Part shown: piece by piece, positions 28,305 through 39,248 of the stretch | How positions within the stretch are numbered: the first letter of the stretch is position 1 | Layout: each line of letters opens with the position of its first letter | Source: an uncultured delta proteobacterium | GTDB taxonomy: Bacteria; Myxococcota_A; Polyangia; Polyangiales; Polyangiaceae | Direction of reading: 5' to 3' | DNA length: 64,000 bases | Assembly: GCA_963782055.1 (NCBI GenBank) | Contig: CAWAIF010000003.1 | Span: forward strand, 5,888,001-5,952,000 | Made by a program: the position numbers and the translations under genes | Notes under the pieces: generated by a model | The model's database searches: none | Told to the model about the DNA's origin: nothing | Seen by the model: only the letters and a program-made list of their open reading frames with translations

Positions 28305-29201
28305 TCAGCCCTTGTGGTGAATGAGGTGGTCGAGGATGGTGGCGGGGACGTCCGGAATGCACGCGTGGATGGTGATCCCGACGCCGGGTCCCACCTCCTG
28401 GCTGACGCGGCCGCACATCTCGACGTGGTCGCCGTGCTTCTCGATGCTGCCGGTCCGCACTACCGACGCGCCGGCGTCGAGGTCGATGCCCGCGCTGCCG
28501 TAGTGGGACTTGGCGTCGGCCCCGACCGCGACCACCGACGCACCGGCGGAGTAGCCCATCGTGACGTTGCCCTTCGGGTCGTGCACGATGCCGGCCATCA
28601 CGGTGACCTGCGCGGTCTTGGTGTCGACGTCCATGTGGTCGCCGGCGAGGGGGATGTGGAGCTCTCCGAGCTCCATGTGCGCGGCGCCGCCGAACATCTG
28701 GCTGTCCACCGAGCCGGTGAGCATCTTCCCGTGACCGTCCGGCGCTTGAAGCAACGTGCCGTCGGCGTGGATCTCGCCGACCGCGTTCACCGTGACGCTC
28801 CCGGTCGGCTTCAGCCCTTCGTTCCAGTCAGGCTGCGTCGTCACGGCCGGCTTGGCGTCGCCGGCGGTGGAGACAGGCGCGGTCCCGACGCCCGCGTCCG
28901 CCCGCGCGTCCGTACGCGCGACCGGCTCCGGGTCGATGAGCCTGGTGTCCGCGGGCTTCGCCGGTGGCGGCTTCGCGGGCGCGGGCGCCTTCTTCGACGC
29001 CATGTTCTTCGCCAGGCACGTGTAGTCCTGGTCGGGCAGCAGCATCGGCGTGTGCCAGCCGTCGTCCTTCTCGCAGGTCGGCGCGGGCGGTGGCGGCGGG
29101 GCCGGCGGGGGCTTGCCGCCGCAGACGAGCGTCCTGTCGTCGCAGCTGGGGTCGTCGGTCGGGGTGGAGGGGGTGCGCGGTTCGCTGGAGATGGGTCCCA
29201 T
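28305..29201 (-). CDS. Hypothetical protein with Pro-rich N-terminus
   Basis: Coding-like GC3 pattern; GAGG upstream of ATG. Confidence 0.6.
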   Translation of the reverse strand: MGPISSEPRTPSTPTDDPSCDDRTLVCGGKPPPAPPPPPAPTCEKDDGWHTPMLLPDQDYTCLAKNMASKKAPAPAKPPPAKPADTRLIDPEPVARTDARADAGVGTAPVSTAGDAKPAVTTQPDWNEGLKPTGSVTVNAVGEIHADGTLLQAPDGHGKMLTGSVDSQMFGGAAHMELGELHIPLAGDHMDVDTKTAQVTVMAGIVHDPKGNVTMGYSAGASVVAVGADAKSHYGSAGIDLDAGASVVRTGSIEKHGDHVEMCGRVSQEVGPGVGITIHACIPDVPATILDHLIHHKG

Positions 29202-29251
29202 GGTGAGACCTCATCGGCCAGCTCCCCTCCCCGGTTGCGTGGCCGCGCGGG

Positions 29252-30496
29252 CTACTGGTTCTTGCGGCTGAACGCCGGGACGTCCCAGTCGTGATCCAGC
29301 TCGGGGAAGCTCTGCGCGCGCTCGCGGATGGGCAGGCGCGGCTGGCTGGCGGCGCGGGCCTCCGCGGCGTGGCGGTCGCGGCGCGTCGTGTAGGCCGGAG
29401 CGCCCTCCATCTGCGGCGCGGCGGGGCGCGTGGACGACCCGGCGAAGCTGCGGAGCTGCTGGGAGGGGACGGTCTGCGGGGCGGGCATCGCCATCCGCGC
29501 GCTCTGCTCGCGCTCGGCCAGGCGCTCGGCGGAGTCGAAGCCGGTCGCGATGACGGTGACCTTGACGTTCTCGCCGAGGGACTCGTCGACGCTGGCGCCG
29601 AAGATGATGTTGGCGTCCTCGTGCGCCTGCTCCTGGACGAGGCTCGCGGCCTCCTGGATCTCGCGCATCTTGAGGTCGCTGCCGCCGACGATGTTGATGA
29701 GGACGCCGGTGGCGCCCTCGACCGAGATGTCGTCGAGCAGCGGGGAGGTGATGGCCATCTCCGCGGCGGTGCGGGCGCGCTGCTGGCCCTTGGCGATGCC
29801 GGTGCCCATGAGCGCGCGGCCCATCTGGCTCATGACCGTCTTCACGTCGGCGAAGTCGACGTTGACGATGCCGTTCTGCGTGATGAGGTCGCTGATGCCC
29901 TTGACGGCCTGGTAGAGGACCTCGTCCGCCTTGCGGCAGGCGTCGATGAAGGTGAGGTCGTCGTCGCCCAGGAGCAGGAGCTTCTGGTTGGGGATGGTGA
30001 TGAGGGTGTCGACGTGCTCGGCGAGCTGCGCGAGGCCCAGCTCGGCGCGGCGCGCGCGCTGGCGGCCCTCGAAGAGGAAGGGCTTGGTGACGACGCCCAC
30101 GGTGAGGGCACCCTCTTCGCGCGCGAGCTGCGCGATGACCGGCGCGGCGCCGGTGCCGGTGCCGCCGCCCATGCCGGCGGTGACGAAGACCATGTCGGCG
30201 CCGCTGATGAGCTCCTTCATGCGCTGGACGTCCTCGAGGGCCGCCTTGCGGCCGCGCTCGGGGTCGGCGCCGGCGCCGAGGCCCTTGGTCACGTTCGCTC
30301 CGATGGCGAGCTTCGTGGGGGCGGCGTTGGCGTTGAGGGCCTGCGCGTCGGTGTTGACCACGATGAACTCCACGCCCTCCAGGCCGAAGTTGATCATCGT
30401 GTTGACCGCGTTGCCGCCGGAGCCGCCGCACCCGACGACCTTGATGCGCGCCTGGTACTCCTGCGTCTCGTCCGCGAACTCGATGCTGAAGCTCAT
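29252..30496 (-). CDS. ftsZ: Cell division protein FtsZ
   Basis: GGSGGNAV, GGGTGTG tubulin signature, NVDFAD, C-terminal DVPAF. Confidence 0.98.
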   Translation of the reverse strand: MSFSIEFADETQEYQARIKVVGCGGSGGNAVNTMINFGLEGVEFIVVNTDAQALNANAAPTKLAIGANVTKGLGAGADPERGRKAALEDVQRMKELISGADMVFVTAGMGGGTGTGAAPVIAQLAREEGALTVGVVTKPFLFEGRQRARRAELGLAQLAEHVDTLITIPNQKLLLLGDDDLTFIDACRKADEVLYQAVKGISDLITQNGIVNVDFADVKTVMSQMGRALMGTGIAKGQQRARTAAEMAITSPLLDDISVEGATGVLINIVGGSDLKMREIQEAASLVQEQAHEDANIIFGASVDESLGENVKVTVIATGFDSAERLAEREQSARMAMPAPQTVPSQQLRSFAGSSTRPAAPQMEGAPAYTTRRDRHAAEARAASQPRLPIRERAQSFPELDHDWDVPAFSRKNQ

Positions 30497-30640
30497 GACC
30501 GTCCTCCCGGGGTGGGCGTCTCGCGCCCACTCGCCGCTTCGGTTTGATCGACCTTCGGAGCGCCTCTCTCCAGCCGGCCGATGTTTGTACTCTGCAAATC
30601 GTCTAGGGGGTTGCTACGAAGAAGGCAAAGAAAGTGCGCA

Positions 30641-31921
30641 TCAGAAAGCGGCCTTGAGCCACTCCCAGAACTTGGACTTCTGCGGGGCCGCGGCGGCCTC
30701 GGTGACCGCGACGTGCGAGCGCAGGCGGGTGGCCGAGGGCGACGGGTCCGCCAGGCGGACCTCCGCCTCGGCGATGGCCTGGGCGCCGTACTTCACCAGG
30801 CCGACGCCGGTGGCGTACTGCGGGCCCTGGACGAGCTGGGTGATGCCCTTGACGCCCACGGGGAAGCCGATGCGCACCGGCATGCCGAGGACCTCCTCGG
30901 CGAAGTCGGGCATGCCCTCGAGGAGCACCGCGCCGCCGGTGAGGACCGCGCCGGCGGAGAGCTGCTCCAAGAGGCCGCTGTCCTCCATGCGCTTGCGGAT
31001 GGCCGCGAACATCTCCTCGACGCGCGGCTCGATGATGTCGCTGAGGACGCGGCGCGCGGTGCGGCGGGGCGCGTGGCCGCCGACGCCCGGCACCTCGATC
31101 TCTTCCTCGTCGCCCACCATGCGGCCCAGGGCGCAGCCGGAGAGGCGCTTGAGGCGGTCGGCCTCCGCCATCGGGGTGCGGAGGCCGGCGGCGATGTCGC
31201 TGGTGATGTTGTTGCCGCCGACGGGGATGACGCTGGTGTGGGCGATGCCGCCGTCGATGTAGAGCAGGATGTCGGTGGTGCCGCCGCCGATGTCGATGAC
31301 GGCGACGCCGATCTCCTTCTCGTCGTCGGAGAGGACGGCCTCGGCGCTGGCCAGCGGCTCGAGCACGACGTCGGCGACGGAGAGGCCGCAGCGCTCGGCG
31401 CAGCGGATGACGTTCTGCACGCAGCTCGTGGCGGCGGTGACCAGGTTCACCTTGGCGCCGAGACGCACGCCGCTCATGCCGATGGGATCGCGGATGCCGT
31501 CCTGCGCGTCGACGACGTACTCGCGGGGGAGCACGTGGAGGATCTGCCGGTCGGCGTCGACCGGGATGGCGCGGGCGCCCTCGAGGACGCGCTCGACGTC
31601 GGCGCGGGTGACCTCGCCGCCGGCGATGGCCGCGACGCCGTCGGACGTCTGCGAGCGGATGTGGCTGCCGGCGACGCCGGCGTAGACGGTGCGGATCTCC
31701 ACGCCCGCCATCGTCTGCGCGGCCTCGATGGCCTCCCTGATGGATCGCACCGTCCACTCGATGTTGGAGACGATGCCCTTGCGGAGGCCGCGGCAGGGGA
31801 CGGAGCCGACGCCCAGGATGGTGATCCCCTCGGGCTCGACCTCGCCGACCACGGCGCAGACCTTCGTCGTGCCGATGTCCAGGCCGACGACGATTTCCGA
31901 TTCGGAAGACGAGTGGCTCAT
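30641..31921 (-). CDS. ftsA: Cell division protein FtsA
   Basis: GLDIGTTKV, DIGGGTTD, LTGG, YATGVGL. Confidence 0.97.
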   Translation of the reverse strand: MSHSSSESEIVVGLDIGTTKVCAVVGEVEPEGITILGVGSVPCRGLRKGIVSNIEWTVRSIREAIEAAQTMAGVEIRTVYAGVAGSHIRSQTSDGVAAIAGGEVTRADVERVLEGARAIPVDADRQILHVLPREYVVDAQDGIRDPIGMSGVRLGAKVNLVTAATSCVQNVIRCAERCGLSVADVVLEPLASAEAVLSDDEKEIGVAVIDIGGGTTDILLYIDGGIAHTSVIPVGGNNITSDIAAGLRTPMAEADRLKRLSGCALGRMVGDEEEIEVPGVGGHAPRRTARRVLSDIIEPRVEEMFAAIRKRMEDSGLLEQLSAGAVLTGGAVLLEGMPDFAEEVLGMPVRIGFPVGVKGITQLVQGPQYATGVGLVKYGAQAIAEAEVRLADPSPSATRLRSHVAVTEAAAAPQKSKFWEWLKAAF

Positions 31922-31988
31922 CGCACCCACGACTCGCATGCACGGGGCCTCAGGGCCAAAAAAACGGCGCAAAGAGCCGCGGGGGTGG

Positions 31989-32915
31989 TCACTTGACCCT
32001 CGCCACGACGCGCTCCGGGCGGGCGTCGTTGTCCAGCAGGATGGTGTCCGGCTTCTCGCCGCGGCGCTCCAGCTCGGTGATCACCCGCGCGGCGCGGTCC
32101 AGCTTGCGGCGGAAGGGGGGGCCGCCCAGCCTCAGGGTGATCGCCCCGCGGCCGACGACGAGGGTCATGCTCTCCGCCTCGCCGGTGTGGATCTCCTCGA
32201 GGGAGAGACGGGCGCCGAGGGGGGACTGGCGGTAGTCGGCGGCGAGATCCAGCGCCCGCACGACAGTCCGGGCGACGCCCTCGCGGTCGGTGGAGACGCG
32301 CGCGGGGTCGATGCCGGTGATGACGGGCAGGTCGCTCGGGTCGCCCAGCTCCACGCGCTTGAAGACCCGGCCGTCGCGCGTGACGAGGTAGCTGTCGCCC
32401 AGCGCCACGATGGCGGCGGCCTCGCGCTCCTCGACGTGGAGGAGCACCGTGGCGGGCAGCCGGCGGGCGAGCGTCACGTCGGCGATCCACGGGTCCTCGA
32501 GGAGCTTCTTCTTCGCGCGATCCAGGTCGATGGAGAAGACGTTCTCGCCCATCGCGATGCCCGCCTCGGAGAGGAGGACGGCGCGGGTGCGCGGGCGGGC
32601 GCCGTTCTGGCCGTGGACGGCGGGGGCCCCGGCGGCGCGCGAGGCCACCGGGTCGTCGACCACGACCTCGCGCAGGGCGAAGCGCGGGCTGGTCATGACG
32701 TAGCGGCGCGCCGCCCACGCCACGCCCGTGGAGACGGTGATCGCCATCGCGGCGCCGAGCGCGCTGCGGGCCAGGGAGACGGCGCGGGAGGCGCGGGGGG
32801 AGGGCGGCTCCGGCGCGACGGGCGGCGGCGCCTCCTCCCCGGCCTCCTCGGCGTGCACCTCCAGCACGTCGCGGGGCGGCGCGGCCCGCGGGATCCTGCG
32901 GTTGGAGGGGCGCAT
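31989..32915 (-). CDS. ftsQ: Cell division protein FtsQ/DivIB
   Basis: TM helix, POTRA (PWI..V...RRLP), DLPVITG; position before ftsA. Confidence 0.9.
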   Translation of the reverse strand: MRPSNRRIPRAAPPRDVLEVHAEEAGEEAPPPVAPEPPSPRASRAVSLARSALGAAMAITVSTGVAWAARRYVMTSPRFALREVVVDDPVASRAAGAPAVHGQNGARPRTRAVLLSEAGIAMGENVFSIDLDRAKKKLLEDPWIADVTLARRLPATVLLHVEEREAAAIVALGDSYLVTRDGRVFKRVELGDPSDLPVITGIDPARVSTDREGVARTVVRALDLAADYRQSPLGARLSLEEIHTGEAESMTLVVGRGAITLRLGGPPFRRKLDRAARVITELERRGEKPDTILLDNDARPERVVARVK

Positions 32916-34330
32916 CAGGGCTTCGCCTCCGCGGCGGCTTCGAGCATCGCCGCGAGGTCGCGCGCGCTCTGGTTGATGTCGCCGGCGCCCAGGGCGATGA
33001 CGATGTCGCCGGGGCGCACGACCTCGGCGAGGGCGTCCTTCACCTTCTTCTTGTCCTTCACGAAGCGCACCGAGTGGTGGCCGTGGGCGTGGATGGCCTC
33101 CGCGAGCGCCTCGCCGGTGGCTCCCTCGATGGGCGCCTCGCCGGCAGGGTAGACGTCGGTGACGATCAGGAGGTCCGCCTTGTTGAAGGCGCGGGTGAAC
33201 TCCTCGAAGAGGGCGTGGGTGCGGGTGTAGCGGTGCGGCTGGAAGGCGACGACGACGCGGCGGTCGAAGCCCTTCTGCGCGGCGTCCAGCGTGGCCTCGA
33301 TCTCGGCGGGGTGGTGGCCGTAGTCGTCGACGACGATGACGTCGCCCGTCTTGCCGTCGCGGCTGATGCTGGGCTGACCGATCACGGTGAAGCGGCGCTG
33401 CACGCCGTGGAAGGCGGCGATGGCGTCGCGCGTGACGTTGAGCGGCACCTCCAGCTCGTCGGCGGTGGCGATGACGGCGAGGGCGTTCTGCACGTTGTGT
33501 GCGCCGGGCATGCGCACGACGAACTCGCCCAGCAGCGCGTCGCGCTTGTAGGCGGTGAAGTGCGTCTCCAGCCCCTCGAAGCGGAGGTTCTTGGCGCGGT
33601 AGTCCGCCTGCCGTGCCATGCCGTAGGTCACGTGGCGGCGGCCGATGCGCGGCAGGATCTCCTGCACGTGCGGGTGGTCGATGCAGAGCACGCACAGGCC
33701 GTAGAAGGGGACCTGGTTGGCGAACTGCACGAAGGCGTCCTTCACCTTCTCGTGCGTGCCGTAGTGGTCCAGGTGCTCGGGGTCGATGTTGGTGATGACG
33801 GCCACGGTGGGGCTCAGGCGCAAGAAGGAGCCGTCGCTCTCGTCGGCCTCGGCGACGAAGAGGTCGCCCGCGCCGAGGCGCGCGTTGGAGCCGAGGGCGT
33901 TCACCTTGCCGCCCACGACGACGGTGGGGTCCAGGCCGGCCTGGCGCAGCACGGTGGCGACCATCGACGTGGTGGTGGTCTTGCCGTGGGAGCCGGCGAT
34001 GGTGACGCAGTACTTCACGCGCATCAGCTCGGCGAGCATCTCCCCGCGGGAGATGATGGGGACGTCCATCGCCCGCGCGCGCGCGATCTCCGGGTTCTGG
34101 GGGGCGATGGCGGTGGAGTAGACGACCACGTCGGCGCCCTGCACGTTCTGGGCGCGGTGGCCGACGTCGACGCGCACGCCGAGGGTCTGCAGGCGCCGGG
34201 TGATGTCGTTGGGCTTGAGGTCGGAGCCGGAGACGTCGAAGTCCATCGTGCGCAGGATCTCGGCCAGGCCGCTCATGCCGATGCCGCCGATGCCGACGAA
34301 GTGCACGTGACGGACGCGACCGCGGAACAT
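32915..34330 (-). CDS. murC: UDP-N-acetylmuramate--L-alanine ligase
   Basis: HFVGIGGIGMSG, GSHGKTTT, EADESD, DDYGHHP, FQPHRY. Confidence 0.97.
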   Translation of the reverse strand: MFRGRVRHVHFVGIGGIGMSGLAEILRTMDFDVSGSDLKPNDITRRLQTLGVRVDVGHRAQNVQGADVVVYSTAIAPQNPEIARARAMDVPIISRGEMLAELMRVKYCVTIAGSHGKTTTTSMVATVLRQAGLDPTVVVGGKVNALGSNARLGAGDLFVAEADESDGSFLRLSPTVAVITNIDPEHLDHYGTHEKVKDAFVQFANQVPFYGLCVLCIDHPHVQEILPRIGRRHVTYGMARQADYRAKNLRFEGLETHFTAYKRDALLGEFVVRMPGAHNVQNALAVIATADELEVPLNVTRDAIAAFHGVQRRFTVIGQPSISRDGKTGDVIVVDDYGHHPAEIEATLDAAQKGFDRRVVVAFQPHRYTRTHALFEEFTRAFNKADLLIVTDVYPAGEAPIEGATGEALAEAIHAHGHHSVRFVKDKKKVKDALAEVVRPGDIVIALGAGDINQSARDLAAMLEAAAEAKP

Positions 34331-35475
34331 CAGACCGCCCCCGCGTCGTGGGCCGTCAGGCCGCTGCCGTTCTGCTTCTCGCGCGGGGCGCGGAGGGGAA
34401 TGCGCGCAAGGTGCAGCAGATCGCCGGCGACCTCGTACGCGGCGTGCGGCTTGCCGGCGGCGCGCGCGGCGGCGGCCATGGTCTCGCGGTGGGCGCGGTC
34501 GCCGAGGAGCTCGCCGATCTCCTCCGCCAGGCGCTCCACGGTGGCCGCGCGCTGGACGACGCACACCGCGCCGCCCTTCGCGGCGAGCGCCTCCGCGTTG
34601 GCGCGCTGGTGGTCGTCGGCGGCGAAGGGAAACGGGACGAAGACCGCGGCGCGGCCGACGGCGGCGATCTCGGCGACGGTGATGGCCCCGGCGCGCGCGA
34701 CGACGAGGTCGGCGCGGGCGAGCTCGCCGGCGACGTCGTCGAGGAAGGGGACGACGCGGGCGGTGAGGCCGTGCTCCGCGTAGGCGTCGCGGACCGGCGC
34801 GTCGGCGCCGCGGCCGGTCTGGTGGAGCACCTCCAGCGCGGGGACGGCGCGCGCGACCTCGGCGAGCGCGAGGGGCAGGCGCTCGTTGATGGCCTGCGCC
34901 CCCAGGCTGCCGCCCATGACGAGCACGCGCGCGGTGCCGGACGCGGCGTAGGGCGAGGCGTCGAAGCCCTCGCGAAGCGGGACGCCGAGCGCGCGCACGA
35001 TGCGCGGGGAGAGCTTCGTCGCGGCCGACGGCCACGCGACGTACGCCCGCTTCGCGAAGGGCGCGAGGAGGCGATTGGCGAGGCCGAGCACGCCGTTGGG
35101 CTCGAAGACGGCGACGGGCACGCCGCGCAGGGCCGCCGCGAGGGCGACCGGGCCCGCGGCGTAGCCGCCGACGCTGAGCACCGCGCGCGGGCGGAGCGCC
35201 TTCACCAGCGACAGCGCCTCGTAGGTGGCGCGGGCGGCGACCAGCGCGCCCTTGACGGCGCGCCGCACACCGCCGCCCTTCATGGGCGCGACGTCCAGCA
35301 GCTCCAGCCGGTAGCCGCGGGCCGGCACCACGTCCTTCTCCAGGCCGCGCGGGGAGCCCGCGAAGACGACGTCCACGTCGGCCAGCTTGCGGCACGCGTC
35401 GGCCACCGCCAGGCCGGGGAAGACGTGCCCGCCGGTCCCTCCGCCGGCGACGACGAGGCAGGGACGCTCGCTCAT
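34330..35475 (-). CDS. murG: Lipid II GlcNAc transferase MurG
   Basis: GGGTGGH.FPG, GGYAAGP, GGSLGA, RAGA.T, DDHQ..NA. Confidence 0.96.
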   Translation of the reverse strand: MSERPCLVVAGGGTGGHVFPGLAVADACRKLADVDVVFAGSPRGLEKDVVPARGYRLELLDVAPMKGGGVRRAVKGALVAARATYEALSLVKALRPRAVLSVGGYAAGPVALAAALRGVPVAVFEPNGVLGLANRLLAPFAKRAYVAWPSAATKLSPRIVRALGVPLREGFDASPYAASGTARVLVMGGSLGAQAINERLPLALAEVARAVPALEVLHQTGRGADAPVRDAYAEHGLTARVVPFLDDVAGELARADLVVARAGAITVAEIAAVGRAAVFVPFPFAADDHQRANAEALAAKGGAVCVVQRAATVERLAEEIGELLGDRAHRETMAAAARAAGKPHAAYEVAGDLLHLARIPLRAPREKQNGSGLTAHDAGAV

Positions 35476-36718
35476 GTGGCCGCCTCCGCCTCGTCGGCGA
35501 CCGGGGCGTCGTCCTCCACCGCCACCGGCGGCGGCACGGTGGTGTCGTCCTTGATGCGCGGCTCTCCCTGGCGGGAGATGGAGAGCAGGATCCCCGCGGC
35601 GGCGGCGTTCACCAGCAGCGAGGAGCCGCCGAAGCTGACGAAGGGCAGCGTGAGGCCCTTGGTGGGCAGGAGCGAGAGGGCGACGGCGAGGTTGAGCAGC
35701 GCCTGCACGCCGAACATGGTGGAGATGCCGAACGCCATGTAGGTGCCGTAGTCGTCCGGGGCGCGCAGGGCGGTGCGCACGCCGCGCAGCACAAGGAGCA
35801 GGAAGGCGAGGGAGAGCGCGGCGACGCCGACGAAGCCGAGCTCCTCGCCCACGATGGCGGCGACGAAGTCGTTGTGGGCCTCCGGCAGGTAGAGGGTCTG
35901 CAGGCCGCGCCCGAGGCCGACGCCCCACGGCCCGCCCGCGCCGAAGGACATGACGCTCTGGAAGGGCTGGTAGGCCAGGTCCTGCTTGTGCGCGTCCATG
36001 TTGAGCCACGCGAGGTAGCGCTCGTAGCGGTACTCGCGGAAGCGGATCGCCGCGGCGCCGAAGGCCCCGCCGAGGATGGACGCGCCCAGGATGTAGCCGA
36101 CCTTCGCCCCCGCGACGAAGAGCAGGGTGAAGGTGAGGAAGAGCAGCACGATGGCGCTGCCGAAGTCCGGCTGCTTCATGCAGAGGAGCATGAAGATGCC
36201 CGCCACGATGAGGTGCGGGAGGAAGCCGACGGTGAAGTTCTTGACCTTGTCCGCCTTCTTGGCGAGCGAGTAGGCCAGCCAGGCGACGAGCGCGAGCTTG
36301 GCCATCTCCGCCGGCTGCACGTGGACCGGCCCGATCTGCAGCCAGCGCGTGGCGCCGCCTCCGGAGTGGCCGAAGCCGACGACGCACAGGAGCAGCAGCA
36401 CGCCCACCCCGAACAGGAGCGGGTAGGTGAGCTTGTAGAGCCGGTGGTAGTCGACGCGGCTCAGGCCGAAGAGCAGCGCGAGGCCCGCGCCCGCGTAGAC
36501 GGCCTGCCGCTTCAGGTAAAACTGCGGGTCGTGCATCTGGAGCGTCGCCTGCACGGCGCTCGCGCTGTAGACCATCACCACGCCGAAGCCGATGAGGCCG
36601 ATGACCACCGCCGCCATCACCGGGTCCATCGGGCCCTTGGCGCGCGTCGCGTTGGGCGCGGCGTCCAGCGGGGCGGCGAAGTGAAGCGAGCGCTTCACGT
36701 TGGCGGGCAGACGCATCA

Positions 36719-36722
<4 letters not shown>
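35472..36722 (-). CDS. ftsW: Peptidoglycan polymerase FtsW
   Basis: MVYSAS, QPAE.AK, QPDFG, YLPEAHNDF, LPFVSFGGSS. Confidence 0.96.
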
Positions 36723-38098
<1,376 letters not shown>

Positions 38099-38103
38099 GC
38101 GGA

Positions 38104-39246
38104 CTACCTCAGCTTCAAGCTCGACAGCGCGAGGAGGGCCAACAAAACGGAGATGATCCAGAAGCGGACGATGATCTTCGGCTCGGGCCAGCCCTTCTTC
38201 TCGTAGTGGTGGTGGAGCGGCGCCATGAGGAACACGCGCCGGCCGAGGAGCTTGAAGCTCAGCACCTGGACGATGACGCTCGACATCTCCAGGAAGAAGA
38301 CGCCCCCGAGGACGATGCTCAGAAGCTCGTTCTTGGTGAAGACCGCGCACATCCCCAGGCCGCCGCCGAGGGCGAGCGCGCCCACGTCCCCCATGAAGAC
38401 CTGCGCGGGGTAGGTGTTGTACCAGAGGAAGCCGACGCCCGCGCCGACCATGGCGCCGCAGAAGATGGAGAGCTCGCCCACGCCGGTGAGCGAGGGGATG
38501 TCCAGGTACTTGGCGACGACGAAGCGCTGCGTCGCGGAGATGCCGAGGGTCGCGCCGGCGAGGTACGCCCAGATGAGGTAGGTGCCGGCGTTGATGATGA
38601 CCGGGCCGATGGCGAGGCCGTCCAGGCCGTCGGTGAGGTTGACGGCGTTGGAGGTGGCGACGACCACCAGCACCGCGAAGATCACGTAGACGGCGAGCGG
38701 CAGCACCACCGGGTGCTTGGCGAAGGCGACGAAGGGCAGACCCAGGTGGTTGCGGATCTGCAGCCAGTCGTCGGGCAGGTGGTTGTCGGTGTAAAAGACG
38801 TAGGCGAGCACCCCGCCGCCGATGACGAACTGGCCGAGCAGCTTGTAGCGACCAGGGAGCCCCTCCGAGGTCTTGGCCTTGATCTTGAGATAGTCGTCCA
38901 GGTACCCGATGACGCCGTAGCCGGCCGTCACCGCGGTGGTGGCCCACACGAAGACGTTGCGCGGGTCGCACCACATGATGGTGGGCAAGAGGACGGAGAG
39001 CAGGATGAGCGCCCCGCCCATCGTCGGCGTGCCCTGCTTGACGAGGTGCGTGGCGGGGCCGTCGGAGCGGACCACCTGGCCGATCTGCTTCTTCTGCAGC
39101 TCGCGGATGAACCAGGGGGCGAGCCAGAAGCTGATGAGCATCGCGGTGACCGTCGACGCGATGACGCGGAAGGGCACGTAGCGCAGGACGTTCAGCCAGG
39201 AGAGCCAGGCGACGTGGCGCAGGGGGTAGAGCAGCTCGTAGAGCAC
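38104..39246 (-). CDS. mraY: Phospho-N-acetylmuramoyl-pentapeptide transferase
   Basis: KQGTPTMGG, DD, NAVNLTDGLDG, FMGDVG, MAPLHHH. Confidence 0.97.
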   Translation of the reverse strand: MLYELLYPLRHVAWLSWLNVLRYVPFRVIASTVTAMLISFWLAPWFIRELQKKQIGQVVRSDGPATHLVKQGTPTMGGALILLSVLLPTIMWCDPRNVFVWATTAVTAGYGVIGYLDDYLKIKAKTSEGLPGRYKLLGQFVIGGGVLAYVFYTDNHLPDDWLQIRNHLGLPFVAFAKHPVVLPLAVYVIFAVLVVVATSNAVNLTDGLDGLAIGPVIINAGTYLIWAYLAGATLGISATQRFVVAKYLDIPSLTGVGELSIFCGAMVGAGVGFLWYNTYPAQVFMGDVGALALGGGLGMCAVFTKNELLSIVLGGVFFLEMSSVIVQVLSFKLLGRRVFLMAPLHHHYEKKGWPEPKIIVRFWIISVLLALLALSSLKLR

Positions 39247-39248
39247 GG

